Origin: a virus
Taxonomy: Duplodnaviria; Caudoviricetes
Length of the DNA: 64,000 nucleotides
Virus record (IMG/VR): IMGVR_UViG_2751185632_000005
Span: 25,472-89,471 of that record
Direction: 5' to 3' (one strand)
Position numbers and translations under genes: made by a program. The notes beneath the pieces were generated by a model. That model saw only the letters and a list, made by a program, of their open reading frames with translations, searched no databases and was not told the DNA's origin. The stretch's first letter is position 1. Each line of letters starts with the position of its first letter. This document shows, piece after piece, positions 63,681 to 64,000 of the stretch.

Positions 63681-64000
63681 TCATGCAGACCATCCGATTG
63701 CGCTTTGCCGATCAAGACGCCGCCCTCGACGCCCTCAAGACCGCCGGCTGGCTTGCGACCGATCCGGAGACCGGCGCCGAGACGGTGCCGCCGCTCGTCC
63801 ACGAGGGCGGCGTCCGCTGCGACATCGACATGATCGGTCTGCTCTACGAAAACACCCGTGTGGACGGCGGGGTGGAACCACTCATGGCGCCGCTCCCCGG
63901 CTGGCATCTCAACCTGCTGTGGTGGGGAGATGGTATCGCGCCGGCGATCGGCGGCGAGACGGTGGAGCCCGAGGCGGCGCTCCGGGAGTGGCTGGTGTAA
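63677..64000 (+). CDS. Fibre-associated small protein (stop TAA at window end)
   Basis: LRFAD.DAA...IDMIG...GWHLNL. Confidence 0.65.
   Translation: MIMQTIRLRFADQDAALDALKTAGWLATDPETGAETVPPLVHEGGVRCDIDMIGLLYENTRVDGGVEPLMAPLPGWHLNLLWWGDGIAPAIGGETVEPEAALREWLV

Larger units (their letters stand above)
1..64000. mobile_element. Temperate phage/prophage (lambda-like head and cos, P2-like contractile tail), incomplete at both window edges
   Basis: Continuous phage gene order: recombination, cI/cro, replication, terminase, portal, capsid, baseplate, sheath, tube, tape measure. The internal cos indicates a prophage or circular form. Confidence 0.95.

Noticed and set aside
49966-64000. Diversity-generating retroelement targeting the fibre genes
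   Set aside because: No reverse transcriptase motifs and no near-identical template/variable repeat pair seen by eye in the window.
1-64000. Integrase, att site, tRNA, rRNA, holin/endolysin and cas genes
   Set aside because: No recognisable motifs or T-loop signatures found; they may lie outside the window.

Overview
The whole window is one temperate Alphaproteobacteria-type (Rhizobiales-like) phage or prophage; no host genes were recognised. Its layout has five parts. (1) 1-8.7 kb: leftward recombination/early operon (SF1 helicase, SLOG protein, DnaQ-like exonuclease, RecT, RecE-like nuclease, SMC-like ATPase). (2) 8.7-10.1 kb: cI/cro switch with GTAC-N5-GTAC operators. (3) 10.2-19.4 kb: rightward replication operon (GcrA-like, GapR-like, HNH, three DNA methyltransferases, RuvC-like resolvase, primase, DnaB). 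(4) 19.3-37.4 kb: an unusual ~18 kb leftward accessory block that starts ~0.7 kb from a lambda-like cos site and has its own repressor operator. (5) 38-64 kb: cos, lambda-type terminase/portal/protease-capsid, P2-like contractile tail and fibre genes. No integrase or lysis genes were recognised in the window. The best leads are all in the accessory block: a promoter-driven, cas-less type I-E-like CRISPR mini-array (29+32+29 nt), a DUF3150-like / MoxR AAA+ / vWA-metallopeptidase operon with five tandem divergent paralogs wedged between ATPase and vWA genes, and a start-associated motif repeated in front of at least 10 genes. All family assignments come from motif recognition by eye; no database search was run.
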